Below the pieces are notes generated by a model that ran no database searches, had not been told where the DNA came from, and worked only from the letters and a program-made list of their open reading frames with translations. The translations under genes and the position numbers were made by a program. A stretch of DNA of 64,000 nt from Syncephalis fuscata S228 (lineage: Eukaryota > Fungi > Zoopagomycota), in the NCBI GenBank assembly GCA_025786725.1, contig JAHLTZ010000010.1, positions 62,001 to 126,000 on the forward strand, in the 5' to 3' direction. Positions 1 through 13,360 of this stretch are shown piece after piece. How positions within the stretch are numbered: position 1 is the first letter of the stretch; the number at the start of each line of letters is the position of its first letter.

Positions 1-1389
1 ATAGTAATTCAATTGCATATTCTGTCTCGATTCGATATGCTTTATCATCTAGCTGTAATAAAATTAGTACAAATAGAAAGTATCATACAAGAGGAATGTG
101 TTATACTAAGGCTTACATTATTGCATTGATAAAAAAGGCAAATAACCAATCTTGTGCCATATTATTATCTTTTTCAATTAACTAAACAAACAAATTGGAT
201 TAAATTAATTAATTAATAACATAATATAATACCTTAGCCACTCGAGGATCTCTCATTGTTGTTTTCAGTTCAGTATCTTCTTCTTCACTAAGAATTGAAG
301 TACCATCCTGTTGAGAAGACATTAAATCATCTGCAAGATCTTCTTTACGTATTTTGGACCGGGATTGTTTATCGTCTAGCAAACGGCTAAGTGAGAAATC
401 ATAACTTGTAGTCTCACTACTATCTGAATCGGATAAGTTCATTCTGATTTTATAGGATTTGGCTTTTGTTGACGCAGTCTTTGTGGCCTTGTTGGACTAT
501 TGTATCAATATTATATTAGTATCAATATTATATTAATATTAATATATAAATTATAATGGTTATGATAAACTTACCTATTAGGCGGTGATTGATTTGACGT
601 TGACATCGTTGTTATTTTAGTAGGTGTAGCTTTTGGAGTTACTCTTAGAAATTCTAATCCATCATCTGACTCTTCATCACTACTTAATTCCTATTAATCA
701 TTAATCATTAATTATTAGTACATCTACTGGTATTTGATCATTTAATCACATTAATAGCTTACCAAAGGAATTGAACTATCTATTTGATCTTCATCTCTCT
801 CAAGATCAATTAATATAACATTACGTCGACTGGGGTGGTTGGTGTCTATTAATTGTTAATACACTATACTAATTACATACTACAACTTACTTTAGTTGGA
901 TCTGACATCATCGGGCTATTACTTGTCTCTTCTGACATATTCATTTGATATTCAACTGAATGTATATTGGTAGTAGATATATCTTGTATAAATGTTAAAT
1001 TGGTATATAGCTGTTTATCTACTGTTACCTACCATCATCCACTGTCCAATCAATACGCGACCGTTTTGTGGCTACATCTGGACTACAACGCGATATTCAT
1101 TATTAATAGCGATATTAGTATTAAATACATATCTATTTACCTGCTTTCAGCACTGGGTCGCTTAAAAAAGTCTGTAATACGAGCAGGCCTACTTATTATT
1201 AATAAACCATTAATAATAATATTATCGACATTGATATTTACTAACTACTTACTTGATCTCACCACCAGGCCGCTTGAAATAGTCTGTAATACGAGTGGCC
1301 CTATTCATATACACGGCAATAGTTATCAAGTGGTGGTTCGCTTGCTTTACTCGTCTATCCTACCTTGACGGTGTATTTCTTGGATTCAT
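1..1389 (-). CDS. Uncharacterised multi-exon nuclear protein (N-terminal part; continues beyond window start) with two PIP-box-like motifs, a SIM-like motif and acidic tracts
   Basis: ATG at 1389; GT-AG exons 1364-1389, 1253-1300, 1141-1188, 1033-1082 and further exons read MNPRNTPSRATRITDYFKRPGGEIKPARITDFFKRPSAESSPDVATKRSRIDW...NVILIDLERDED...ELSSDEESDD...YDFSLSRLLDDK (ORF 209-442). One or two apparent 1-bp frameshifts. Family not recognised with certainty. Confidence 0.65.
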
Positions 1390-1551
1390 AGATGAACTTG
1401 ACAAGAGACAGTTCAATACTAGTGACCATAAAGAAAGGAAAATAGAGGTGAACACTTTCTTTCAAATTCACCACGGTTACAACTACAGTTGTTGCTACTG
1501 CAATCTCTTTTACTTCTTTGTTTATTACACGGCTCTCATCTTGAATATATT

Positions 1552-2850
1552 ATGGCGGAGTCTTCTGCTAATGTGGCTGAAGAGCAGCCACAGCAACTTT
1601 CATTGCGCGTAATGCGCTTGTCAAAGCCGTCGTTGGCCGGGTCATCGACCATCGTGGAGCCAGGAGAACGGCTCGGAGAAGCGCTACGTCAACTAGACCT
1701 TGAAGACCCCAACACGCCAGCACTTCCTGATCCCGATGAACTGCTTATGTTGCCAGCGGCATTTGGCAGCATCTATTTAGGCGAAGTATTCTCGGGCTAT
1801 CTGTGCGTAAGTAACGATAGCGCAACGATGGAGGCACGCGAGGTAGCCATCAAGCCGAATTGCAAACCTCGTCACAGCGAATTGCACTCGTTGACACAAG
1901 TAGCGAGCCTATTAAAGTGCTGGCCGCATCACAGACAAGTGAACATGTCGTGGTGCATGAAATTAAAGAACTAGGCATTCATATTCTTGTATGTTCTGTG
2001 CAATATCTATCGCTCACGGGAGACGGACGTGAAGAGCGGCGTTTCTTCCGACGCTTCTACAAGTTCCAAGTGCTTAATCCACTTCGGTAAAGACCAAGGT
2101 GAATAGCCAGACCAATGAACGCGTCTTTCTTGAAGTGCAAGTACAGAACTTGACCGTATCGCCGATGTGCCTCGATCGTATTAATCTAGAGGCTGCTGAA
2201 GGCTTTATTTCGCGTGATTTAAATCTCGCTCTAGATGGCACTGGTCAAGAAAGTGTACCAGACGAAGAACGATTAACAGTATTTGGTGATACTGAATTTC
2301 TTCAGCCACAAGATGTACGTCAATATTTATTTTTATTAACACTTAATCCAAATATCAACGATGCAGCTGCAGCAGTACGCAGTAGCGATGCTCTTGGTAA
2401 ATTGGACATTCGATGGAGGACAACTTTTGGCGAGTTTGGTCGTTTACAAACAAGCCAATTGACTCGTCGATTACCGGCTCTTGAGCGAATTCAAATAGCT
2501 ACTACTCGTGTTGATGCGCCAGTGGTAGTAGAGAAGCCATTCAACATCGAATTCCGTATTACTAATCGAAGCGATGCACAAATGCGTCTCCAATTATCGG
2601 CTGTACGTACTCGAATGGGATCTGTACTTCTTAATGGACAAGCATCCCGGCTATTGGGCGAATTGGAACCGGGTACTTCAATGGATGTTACGCTAGAATT
2701 CCTCTCTTTGGCCTCGGGTCTACATCCAGTAGGCGGTCTTAAACTCACCGATCTAATCGGCGGTGAGACAAAGACATTGAATTGACAGATGTATTTGTAC
2801 AGCATGGTGGAGATGTACCAACACCACCAACATTACAAGCTGCATCCTAA
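1552..2850 (+). CDS. TRAPPC13: Trafficking protein particle complex subunit 13 (DUF974 family), intronless, with apparent 1-bp deletions near 1857, 2087 and 2780
   Basis: Motifs LSLRVMRLSKP, LPAAFGSIYLGEVF, HEIKELGIHILVCSVQY, FFRRFYKFQVLNPL, FLEVQVQN, LGKLDIRWRTTFGEFGRLQTSQL spread over ORFs 1489-1974, 1860-2090 and 2099-2785; TAA at 2848-2850. Confidence 0.9.
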
Positions 2851-2887
2851 TAAGACTGATGTGTTACTTTGTATATTATTCAATTAT

Positions 2888-3993
2888 CTACACAACACGT
2901 TCTATTTGAAGATAGGTAAATGTTCCTTCGTGAGCAATACTGCAGATCAGAGATGGTGCTAGGGATGGTGACGACGATGGATCTGTAGTAGTTGGTGTTG
3001 AAAGGTTTAAATAGCTTTCGATATCCATTAGAGCAGATGTTGATGTAGCAGTACTAACCATCTAATTAATATAAATATTATAATGATGATACACTTACTT
3101 GAATGTTGTAAATGAATAAGATGGTGTAGTTGTAGTGTTTTTAAATGGAGATATGATCCAATTCAATTTAGTAGTTAAAGTGTCATTATTAAACAATGAA
3201 TGATCTAATAGTTCATTGTTGTTATTAGTTATGTAAAATAGCAAATATGACAACTTACTTGAATGATGCAATGCAGAATTACTTGACCATTTATAATAAT
3301 AAATCCAATTAATGAAACGTTGCCATTTTGATGTTATAGTATTTGGTGGTGGTGTTTCATGGATTATTGATGGATGTGGCACTTTACGTAAAACACTAAA
3401 TCCAAGTCGTTTTAAATAGGCATAACTCTATAATATTTGGTGATATGATAAGTGAATACTATATGGATCCATCTATCGCTTACACTGTATGAAGCTAGAT
3501 TAGCATTTTGTACATACGGTAATAAATAGGCGTAAGCTTCTTGTAACGATACAGCTACACCGTGAATTGATACGGTCAATACAGATCGACCTAACATAAA
3601 TAGTACTTCTTCGGCGTAGAGATACTGCAGACCAGATAATCTATAACCCAGTCGTTGTAAATGGTTACCACGCTGTGTTGCCACTCTAGCACTTTTACGA
3701 ATAGTATCCCATTCTACGCGGTTTAAATGCCGACTAATGTTATATTAGTTATTTATTTATAGTATTATATACATTAGCTTGTATTTACCTTGAAGCAAGC
3801 GCTCTTCTTCAAGTAGCGCTTTCATAGTAAGTGTTGTCGCGTAGACTGGTTTCTTTTTATTTGAGCGCCATTACTACTATATGGTCATAACTATTAGATA
3901 TTAACAGGGTTATGTGATGTATATCTACCTTTTTAATGACTTGGCCAATCGAACAAGTCGGTCGGCTTCATGTTCTTCGTCATCTGGCTCCAT
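2888..3993 (-). CDS. SEN54: tRNA-splicing endonuclease subunit Sen54-like (multi-exon)
   Basis: ATG at 3993 (MEPDDEEHEADR); Sen54 N-domain-like RGNHLQRLGY...YLYAEEVLFML...VSLQEAYAYLL, then YAYLKRLGFSVLR; TAG at 2888-2890. Confidence 0.75.
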
Positions 3994-4122
3994 TTGAATA
4001 TGTTGATAATAGTGATAGTAATAAAATGTTAATAATAATAATAATAATAATAATAACAATCAAACGTTAATGGTAACAGCGTTTTTTACTTTACTTTTTT
4101 TTCTTTTTTTGCTACACGCATC
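3994..4122. promoter_or_regulatory. Very short divergent (bidirectional) intergenic region between SEN54 and PRMT3
   Basis: 129 bp between the two inferred ATGs; contains an (AAT)n tract and a poly-T tract. Confidence 0.55.
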
Positions 4123-6673
4123 ATGTCGGTCGTCAGTGAACGAGCCAGCGCACTTGAATCGGAATACGATCCTGCTGGTAATAGTATTGCATAGTGAATA
4201 AATAGAGCCTTTTTAGCTAATTGAGCGGTTAGACGATACTTGGGATGACTGGAGTGAAGAGTCTGAGCCGATAACTTGCCTATTCTGCGCGGATATTTAC
4301 GACTCGGCATCGCAACTCTTCGCTCACTGTGTAGCAAAGCATGGATTTGACTTTGTACAGTTGCGTAAAAAGAATAGTATGTATTAAATTGTTGTATAGT
4401 TACACATAGCTTATTTAAATGGTATAGAATGGGATTTCTATCAATCTATCCGTACTATTAATTATATTCGATGCCGCGTACGAGATGATTCACACTGCAA
4501 AATACTGAACAGTTTGAGTTGACGCCAGAAACCATTGAGGCTATATGAAAGATGATACTTATCTTACGCCAGTCATGGAGGAAGATGCTCTACTCTACGG
4601 TAAGGATTATAATATATATATATACTTTGACTAATTAATATTATTAATAGCGTTTGAGAACCTTGACGTTGGCGATAATATGTCAATGCGATCAGGCATG
4701 ACCGGTAAGTTACACGAAGATTGCTATTTGAATTAGAGTGGCAAATAGATTAATATAGCTAATGGCATATTATATAGGTGGTTCACGTAGACATCATATG
4801 TTGTCAGAGGGTAATATTCTTGATCGTTTGTATGCAGCAGAAGCGAAATTGGCTTCTCGTGAACGCGAATTGCAGCGGTAACAGCGCAATTTGAAGAATA
4901 TCGCTCGGTAGTTAAATCGCAATTTTATGATGCATTGGATGATCGATCCACAACGTAAGTAGTAGCTTTATAGAATAATAGCTATATATATATATATATT
5001 AATGATTTATATAGCAATGAAACTGATGAAGTAGTCCCAGCAATACCCGAACATACTACCGATGGCTATTTTACTTCTTATGCTCATATAGGTAGGTTAT
5101 AAATAACTAGAAAGAAATGAAATGGCTAATATTAGTTATTTACTAGATATTCATGATCAAATGTTGAAGGTAATTTATTAATAGATTATCTAGACGACAT
5201 TCTTTAATACATTTAATAGGATCGAGTGCGTACAGAAGCCTATCGTGATTTTATTTATGAAAACAAGCCTATTTTCAAAGATAAGGTCTGATAATATTAT
5301 AAATTGACTTAATAGTGTATTAATGTTGCGTCGTAGATTGTATTGGATGTAGGCTGTGGTATGTGTACACTAGAATATAGCAACTTAAATATAATAATGA
5401 TTAACCTATTGATCAACTAATTTGAATTAATAATAGGTACGGGTATTCTATCGATGTTTGCAGCAAGAGCAGGTGCAGCACAAGGTAATAAAACATGGAT
5501 ATAGCAACAAAAACCGATTACTAATTTATATTTATTAGTATATGCCGTGGACAATTCAGATATTATTGAACAAGCTCGACTTATTGCAGCTGAGAATCAA
5601 TTAGATACAAAGATCAAGTATGTAAATAATTCAAGCAGTTAATACAACTAATATGTAATGGTTAGATTTATTCGTGGTAAAATTGAAGAAATTGAATTGC
5701 CTGTTCCTGTAGTTGATATCATTATATCTGAATGGATGGTAAGCTTTGATTACGTATTTTCGCATAAATGTTACTTATTGTAAATAGGGATATTTCCTTT
5801 TATTCGAGGCTATGCTTGATTCAGTACTAGTTGCTCGTGATAAATATCTAGCACCTGATGGTTTTTGTAAGTTTTTTGATTAATACTGATATTATTTCTA
5901 TCCGCTATTTACTGATTACTACTACTGTTATTATTATACAGTGGCACCAAGCGGCTCTTCAATTCATTTAATGGGTATTGAAGATGACTATATGATGAAT
6001 GACAAGGTTGATTTCTGGAAAGATGTCTATGGTAGGTTGTATGAATTAGGCATTACCAATAGCTATAGATTATAGCTAATATACTGCTACAGGATTTTCT
6101 ATGAATACAATTGGCAAGTCTATTTATAACGAGGCAATTGTTAATACGGTACCAGAGAATACACGTATTACTGATACGGCGTGCCTTCAAGTAAGTAATA
6201 TGTCAAATACTATTACTGACTAATAACCAAGTATTATTAGACATTTGATCATAATGTAGTTAACTCGGCCGGTCTTGATTTCAAAACATCGTTTGAACTA
6301 CAAGCAGACCGTGATGCTGTTCTACATGCATTCCTTGGCTATTTCGATATTGATTTCTCAACACCCGAGGATATGCCTGGTAATCAGATTGTATTCACTA
6401 CTGGTCCGCATGGTGTGGAAACGCACTGGAAACAGACGACATTCATATTAACAACGCCAATCTTACTTAAAAAGGGTAAATTAACTATAATTGATTATGA
6501 TGGCAATCATTACTAATGCACACTTATTAGGTGATCGTATTACGGGTGAATTTATTTGTCGTAAAAGTGAACACAATCCACGTGAACTGGAGATTGTTAT
6601 TTCTTACGAAAAGAAGGCTATTGCGGAAGAAGAATCGCTACCACAGCGTACACAAACATTCCAGTTGCAATAA
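4123..6673 (+). CDS. PRMT3: Protein arginine N-methyltransferase 3 (type I PRMT with N-terminal C2H2 zinc finger), about 16 introns
   Basis: N-terminal WDDW...CLFC...HCVAKHGFDF zinc finger; YFTSY, IHDQMLKDRVRTEAYRDF, VLDVGCGTGILSMFAARAGA, VDIIISEWMGYFLLFEAML and THWKQT motifs assembled across GT-AG introns; TAA 6671-6673. Confidence 0.9.
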
Positions 6674-6791
6674 ATATAAAACTGATATTTCTTCTATTAT
6701 TATTATTATTCAATAATTGTAACGTATTTTATTGAAAAAGAGAAGAGGACAGATTAGTTGCATCACATTATTTTCATATAAAGTTGAATAT

Positions 6792-9137
6792 CTATTCATT
6801 GGTGGCAAATAGACTGAATATTGCATCAGAAGAAGCTTGGAAATCATTATTGACCAGATTGACTAAATACCAAGTATTTGCTATTTCTTTCAATAATTTA
6901 GACGATTCACTGTCACATTCATAGATATTTGACCATTCTAGCCAAAGCTGGAAGGCTTCATCCTAGTAAAAGTGTAAATATACAATGAGTTTCATGTCTA
7001 TTTGGTGTATTGGTATAGTTACCTTCCATGCTAAAAAGCTAGCCGTCTCAACGATGGTTGGTTGGACAATCTCTTTGCCGGGGAAAACGCCCCAGGTAAC
7101 GGCATTTGGTACTTCTTCCTCGACATTAGTGCGCAGAATACCCTATTGTATTATATTATTAATAAACCGCTATCAATGGTTGTATTATATTGCATTTCAT
7201 CTTACTTCACGGTTTACAGCATGGAAGGTGAGATATGGATCTTTTTCTATACGTTCCAATAATGCAGATAATTTCTCTGGCGATACAAAGAATTCTAGAT
7301 ATGCCTGTAATTCAATTAGTAAATTTGATAATGCAAATTCATATTTAATATTTACCTTTTGGTAAACATATCCATTCTTAGGTCCCCAGCCAAACATTCT
7401 ATCCGATGACTTGACACCGTTGACTGCCGGCTGACTGTTGATTGTTAAATAACCATTATTGTTTGTTTTTACAAGTGAATACGAATGGCATTTGTCTCAG
7501 CACTAGGTGGTTGTTCACTCCATGGCAATGCCGATAGATCTCCAAGACAGTAGCGACTAAACAATGTAGCTACATCGCTTGGTGTAGTGGGATGCTGCCA
7601 TAGCTTAATAGCATCTTGGCGCTAAATAGCAACGTATTAACAGCTTGAATGTGTTTGTTTAATAGTTACACACCGATTGCTTAATAGAAGCACCATATCC
7701 ATCAAGTTCACCAAAGGCTGGTGAGCTTGAATCGCCCCAACGACCATTGGGAAATTCGTCCCACGATTCCGTTCGTTGAACATAGCTTCGTGCTCGATTC
7801 TTCCAGAATATTGGGCGAACGCCTTCTTTTTCGCGCTTTTTCGACTTGGACTATCATGTATATATGCATATACGCAGTTAATAAACTGTACAGATAATCA
7901 GTTATTGCTACTTACCGGATTCCATGGTAATGGACGAGTGATTTCTATTGGTGCCACCCAGCCTAGTCCTTCAAGAATAAGACGAATTGATCGTTCAAGA
8001 TTCATGGTGTAGAAATGGAACCCAGAAATGCCATGCTCATTCATTTTCTGGCACATCTCAATAGCCAGCTGAATGCCAAAGTCTTTTACAGCCTGGTCAT
8101 CTTCTTTAATTGGCTCAAGGCTGTCGTAAATTGCCTGTGGTACAAACGTTTGACTGAGCGTCGTCATACGCTTGAAGCCATTAAAATTTTGAATGGGCAT
8201 AATGCCTGGTAGAATGGGGCATTGGATACCTAAACATCCATGCTAGTTTAGCTATATGCCGCTTGTGTATTGTTTTAAAATATTTACTTACCACTAGCGC
8301 GGCATTTTTTAACCCAATCTATAAATAAATCGGTATCGTAAAATAGCTGCGTAACAATATAGTCGGCACCGGCATCAATCTTTTCTTTAAGGTATTTCAT
8401 GTCCAGCTCCTTGTCCTCAGACTCTGAATGGCCTTCGGGGTAACCTGTATGCAAGTATTGTATAAGATGTATGCGTCGATAGCAGCTATGCAACTTACCG
8501 GCTACACCAATGCAGAAGTACTCGCCATAGTGTTCACGAATGTATCTAACTAAATCTGCAGCGTGTACAAATCCACCTTCACATGCTTCCCAAGTATCTT
8601 GACCACGAGGTGGATCTGTGTGGAAAATAGTATTGATAAATGTTTAAACCGAGCGCATCATAATCGTTACTTACCGCCGCGCAAAGCAAGAATGTTTTGA
8701 ATGCCATTATTTTTACATTCCTGTGTGAATGAGTCAGTCATACCAATATCTGTTAGTATTGATAGGTAACACGGTTACTAAACATACCTTAAGTGCATCG
8801 TCGACTTTTTCTTTCGGCATACATGTGCAGGTAAGATGCATGCATGTTTCCAAACCATATACCGTCTGGGCCGTACCACAGATATCAAGCGTCAATTCGG
8901 ACGTTGAGCCACCTGCACCCCAGGTCACGTCAATGAACTCCGGACCGAGTCGATACATGCGCTCCATACGGTCGTATAGATTGAGCAGACCCTTTGTAGC
9001 AAACGACCAAAGTTAACAACACTGCTTGTGTTTGCCATGTGTCTACTTGCCTGTTGGGTCTTGGGAGGGAAATACTCGAACGACCAGTAGGGCCGATTCT
9101 CCGCTTCAGCGCGTTGAATTTTTTGAGTAATCTTCAT
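6792..9137 (-). CDS. MET13: Methylenetetrahydrofolate reductase (Met13/MTHFR type), multi-exon
   Basis: MKITQKI...[107 protein letters not shown]; TAG 6792-6794. Confidence 0.93.
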
Positions 9138-10666
9138 TGTAAATGTAATAAAACAAAAGATCCTACAGATTAAGCCAAAAGAAAATAGAATAGAATGAGC
9201 GTGTAATCGGCAAAGTAACGGCAACAGAACAAGACAGTGAAGGAAGCTACTGCCGACACGCGATGTGACTTTTTGTGTGTGGATTTTTTCCTACTTCGGA
9301 GACTGTAGTTTTGTTGCCCGATGACGATATCTTGATCAGGCTTGTGATTGGCCGCTAAAATCATGTAGAAATCTATAAATCATCTGGTTGGTTGATGGCA
9401 ATGACGCGATTGCCCTTTATTCCAACAGTGCATGCCATATTCGGTAGTAAGTGCATGAGCATTCTACAAATGACATGCCACGCCCAATTGCTCCATAGAT
9501 ATTATCCTTCTACATTGAAGCCACTGGGCATTGCCTAGGCAGCATGGAATAAACTTCGTTATCGTTTTATTTTCAGATATGCTACTTGGTAACATGTTGA
9601 TATAGCATTAATAAAGCTTGTTAATAAAATTAATAAACACTAAATAAACATACTATTACCAATAAAAATTATTATTTTGCTAAAAATATATTGCTAGTTT
9701 ATAGGGACAGTAATTAAAGTAGTGGATGATATGCTGAGCTAATAAATAGCTACATAGTAGCATGATGCATCTTTAACGCTCCAGTTTAATCTGATAAGCT
9801 GAGCTATTACTTAGCACGATGCAGGCCATGGCTGAACAGATAAACGTACTATTATGGCAACATTGTATTTAGCAGTGTTTTTAAAAGGCGTAGTGTGGAT
9901 TATTCAGAGGGCTTGTAACTGTAGTCACGTTTTCGGTTCTGCCGTGAAAAATAAAGCAAAAACCGGATTTTGTTTGAAATGTGCCATCTTCGTTGTGCGG
10001 AGACTGGGCTACTGAATGGAATAAATTGTATTTCTATCTAGTGACCATTTACCTAGATCTTTCAGCTAGTATAAATGGATTTCCCGGATGATCTGCTGAC
10101 ATGCAGTGTCATCTAAAGGAAGCATAGTAAAATTCCAATTCAGATACAATGACAGAAATATGCGCTGTGTTTAAAATAGACCTATTATTCCCACGAGCAA
10201 CAATGCGGCTATTATTGCTAAGTGAACGAATGTGATGATTACTGCCTCTTTGTCATGCCATATGCAGTCTCAAATGATGCTATCTTTCAAAAGCTGCTAT
10301 TTAATACTAGACAGGATTAGTAAGTGATATTGGTCCGGTTTCACAATGTGCACAGCAACGATGGTAGCACATAAGCACGTATTTCTATAATTCGAGTTCC
10401 GCTATTAATGATAAAAAATATTCCAAATATAGCTATTCGTTGCATGCAGTTCACAGGAAAATAGTTTTTCCTCGATATTAGCCGAACACAATAGGCCAGC
10501 CCAGTGATTAACATGTAAACGCCGCTCAGCTGCCGAGTCGGTACATGCCTTGTCTTGGAGCCATAAGGATTTGTAGCAAAATTTTCTTACAAATAGCGCA
10601 TTGTTCCCACTTTACAATAAACGGTATAACATTTTGAAAAAAATTCTGAACATATTTATTTAAATC

Positions 10667-12340
10667 ATGCCACACGAACTTGCAATAATCCAGGCTGATG
10701 ATGAAATTGCTAGTCAATTAAATCTGGAAGTAGGCGATTTGCCAGAACGTCCTGGCTATCACTCGCTTAGCCGTCATGGAACTCGAAATTCGTACATGAG
10801 CCAGGTAACTGGCGGCTCACAAGTCTCCCTGGGCGCCGCTGCTCAGCGTCGCCGTACCATAAGCGATGCACTCAAGTATGAATTTAAATTGGAGCAAGGC
10901 CTAGCTCGTCCATCGCTTGAAAAAGACATAGCCATTGAAGCGTATCATGAAGAGGGTGGCGAAGCTTTAAATAGTACACTCCAAGAAGATGCCTATTTGT
11001 CAAAATTCCCTGAAGGCGGCTACGGATGGTTTGTCGTACTGTCGACTTTCCTCGTCAACTTTATTGTATTTGGCTACGCCTATTCATGGGGCGTATACCA
11101 ATCACACTATCTCAAAAATGTATATGCCGGTGAAATTAGTACGTTCCAAATGACATTTGTCGGTGGTCTTACCATGGGTTTTCTATTTATTATGGGCCCA
11201 TTTTTTAGCGCTCTAATTCGACTACTTGGTCCACGAAAGCTTATGCTTGTCGGTGCTATTATCCAGCCATTGGGAATGTTATTAGCTTCATGGGTTTACC
11301 AGGTAAGACATTTAGCGTTTATTCATGTATTCGTATATTAATACAATAATGATTTAGCCATGGCAGCTCTATTTTACACACGGCGCACTAATTGGTATAG
11401 GTTCATCGCTTATTTTCTTCCCTTCTGTATTTTTACCCACACAGTGGTTTATGAAACGGCGCGGTCTAGCAACTGGATTGGCCGTATCAGGAAGTGGTAT
11501 TGGCGGACTTGTATTTGGTCCCGTAACAAGGGCGCTGGTCGATGCCGTTGGCTTTCGTTGGTGTCTGCGTTATTTGGCCATTACTAGTTTTGTGCTGCTG
11601 ATTATTGCAACAGCCTTGGCCCGCGAATGTGAGGCAACAAAGAAGTCCGTCAACAATGACACCAAAAATCCTCCTAAGAAAGAGAAGCTGGTAGACTTAT
11701 CGGTATTGAAGCGCCTTGACTTTGCTTCATTAGCTATGATGGCAACATTGGCTACTTTCGGTTACATGGCGCCTTTCTACTTTCTGCCCTCTTACGCCAC
11801 CTTTATTGGTTTGACCGAGTCAGATGGCGCGCTTTTTGTCGGGTTAAGTACTGGCGTCAATGCTGTTGGCCGTATTGTTCTTGGTTATCTGGCCGATTCA
11901 TTTGGCCGCGTTAACGCGCTTTTCTCTTGCGTCTTTCTTTCCGGAATGACCATTCTTGTTATCTGGACGTTTTCTAATAGCTATGGAGTGCTTCTCTTGT
12001 TCGTATTGCTTTATGGATTTACCGCTGGCGGCTTTGTCAGTCTATTCCCCGTGGTAACTGCAGAACTTGTCGGTAAGTGTATCTTAGTGGAATAATCAAC
12101 GTTTACTTACATAAAATAGGATTGGACGAGTTGCCGAATGCAGTAGGCGTGTTGTATGCCTCCAATGCCATTGGCAATTTGTTTGGCCCGGCTATTGCCG
12201 GTGCGCTACTGGATATGACCAAGCCCAACACATCCTACTTGCCTATACAGCTATTCTGCGGTTTTGTCACAATTGCAGGTTCGATGTTTATTATTGTTTT
12301 ACGCTGCATGCGTACACGGAAACTGCTTGTACGTGTATAG
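10667..12340 (+). CDS. MFS transporter, monocarboxylate porter (MCT/Mch-like) family; introns 11303-11357 and 12073-12119
   Basis: PEGGYGWFVV, SWGVYQSHY, WFMKRRGLATGLAVSGSGIGG, GRIVLGYLADSFGRVN and GNLFGPAIAG are typical MCT-family motifs; about 12 hydrophobic segments. Confidence 0.88.
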
Positions 12341-13360
12341 CATTTTACATATGACTGCAGTATAAAATATTCAATTATGTTTAGTTATTAATCTTGCTAT
12401 AAATATTCAAAATTATAAAAATAAACCATATAATTAAATTTTGTATATATTCTAATAATATTCGAACATGCAACCGTAGACATGGCTTTAATAAAAAGCA
12501 GCAAAATAAAAATTGCGGCTAAATATCTTATTATTGGTATATTAATAGCAGATGGTATGACTAGAATTATAATTAAATAATTTAGTACCTTAATATTTTA
12601 AATTTTGATATTTTGTCTGATCGATTAATAGTTAGCAACCAGATTTATTTATTATAAAATATTACAGATATTGAATAGTAATGCTAGCTACTAATAAATA
12701 AACACTTATTAAAAATATGTAATCAGTAAATACATGATATTAGTGAATAGATAAATGGTTATATAAAGTAGCATGCTGCGTTAATAGTGAAATACTACAA
12801 AACATTCAAGTTCTATTATTAGACATGCTTACTATATAATGATAGCTTTATTCAATATCAATAAAGAAATAACCAGTTCTAGTTCAATCTTATTTCTACT
12901 CAGTGGCATACAAATTATTTAAATAGTTATCAAATTAATACTAACCAATCAATACATTGTATTCTAAGCTTTAAGTATTAAAAAACATCAGCGTCGAAAA
13001 TCATAGGATAACATCAAGGCCAAACTTGGCTTAGTCATCTAACTTACGCCTTTCAAGAGCAAAGATATAATAAATCATTTTATTCATGGCGAGCATTATC
13101 AACTACAAATAGTTTAATTACACACATGTCTTATAATTAATCATAAATATTACGCAAAAATAATAGCTTATTTCTTCATTGTTAGAACAATTTTTAGAAC
13201 AATTTAATATTACTACGTAATAACCATAAGCATTGCAAAATTGAATTATTCATTATTTTTATTACATATGACCAGCTCAAAATTTTAACATTTGTTACTT
13301 TTACTAACTGCAATCATGATGAAAATGTAGCATTAATTATTTCTAATAACTATGGGCATC

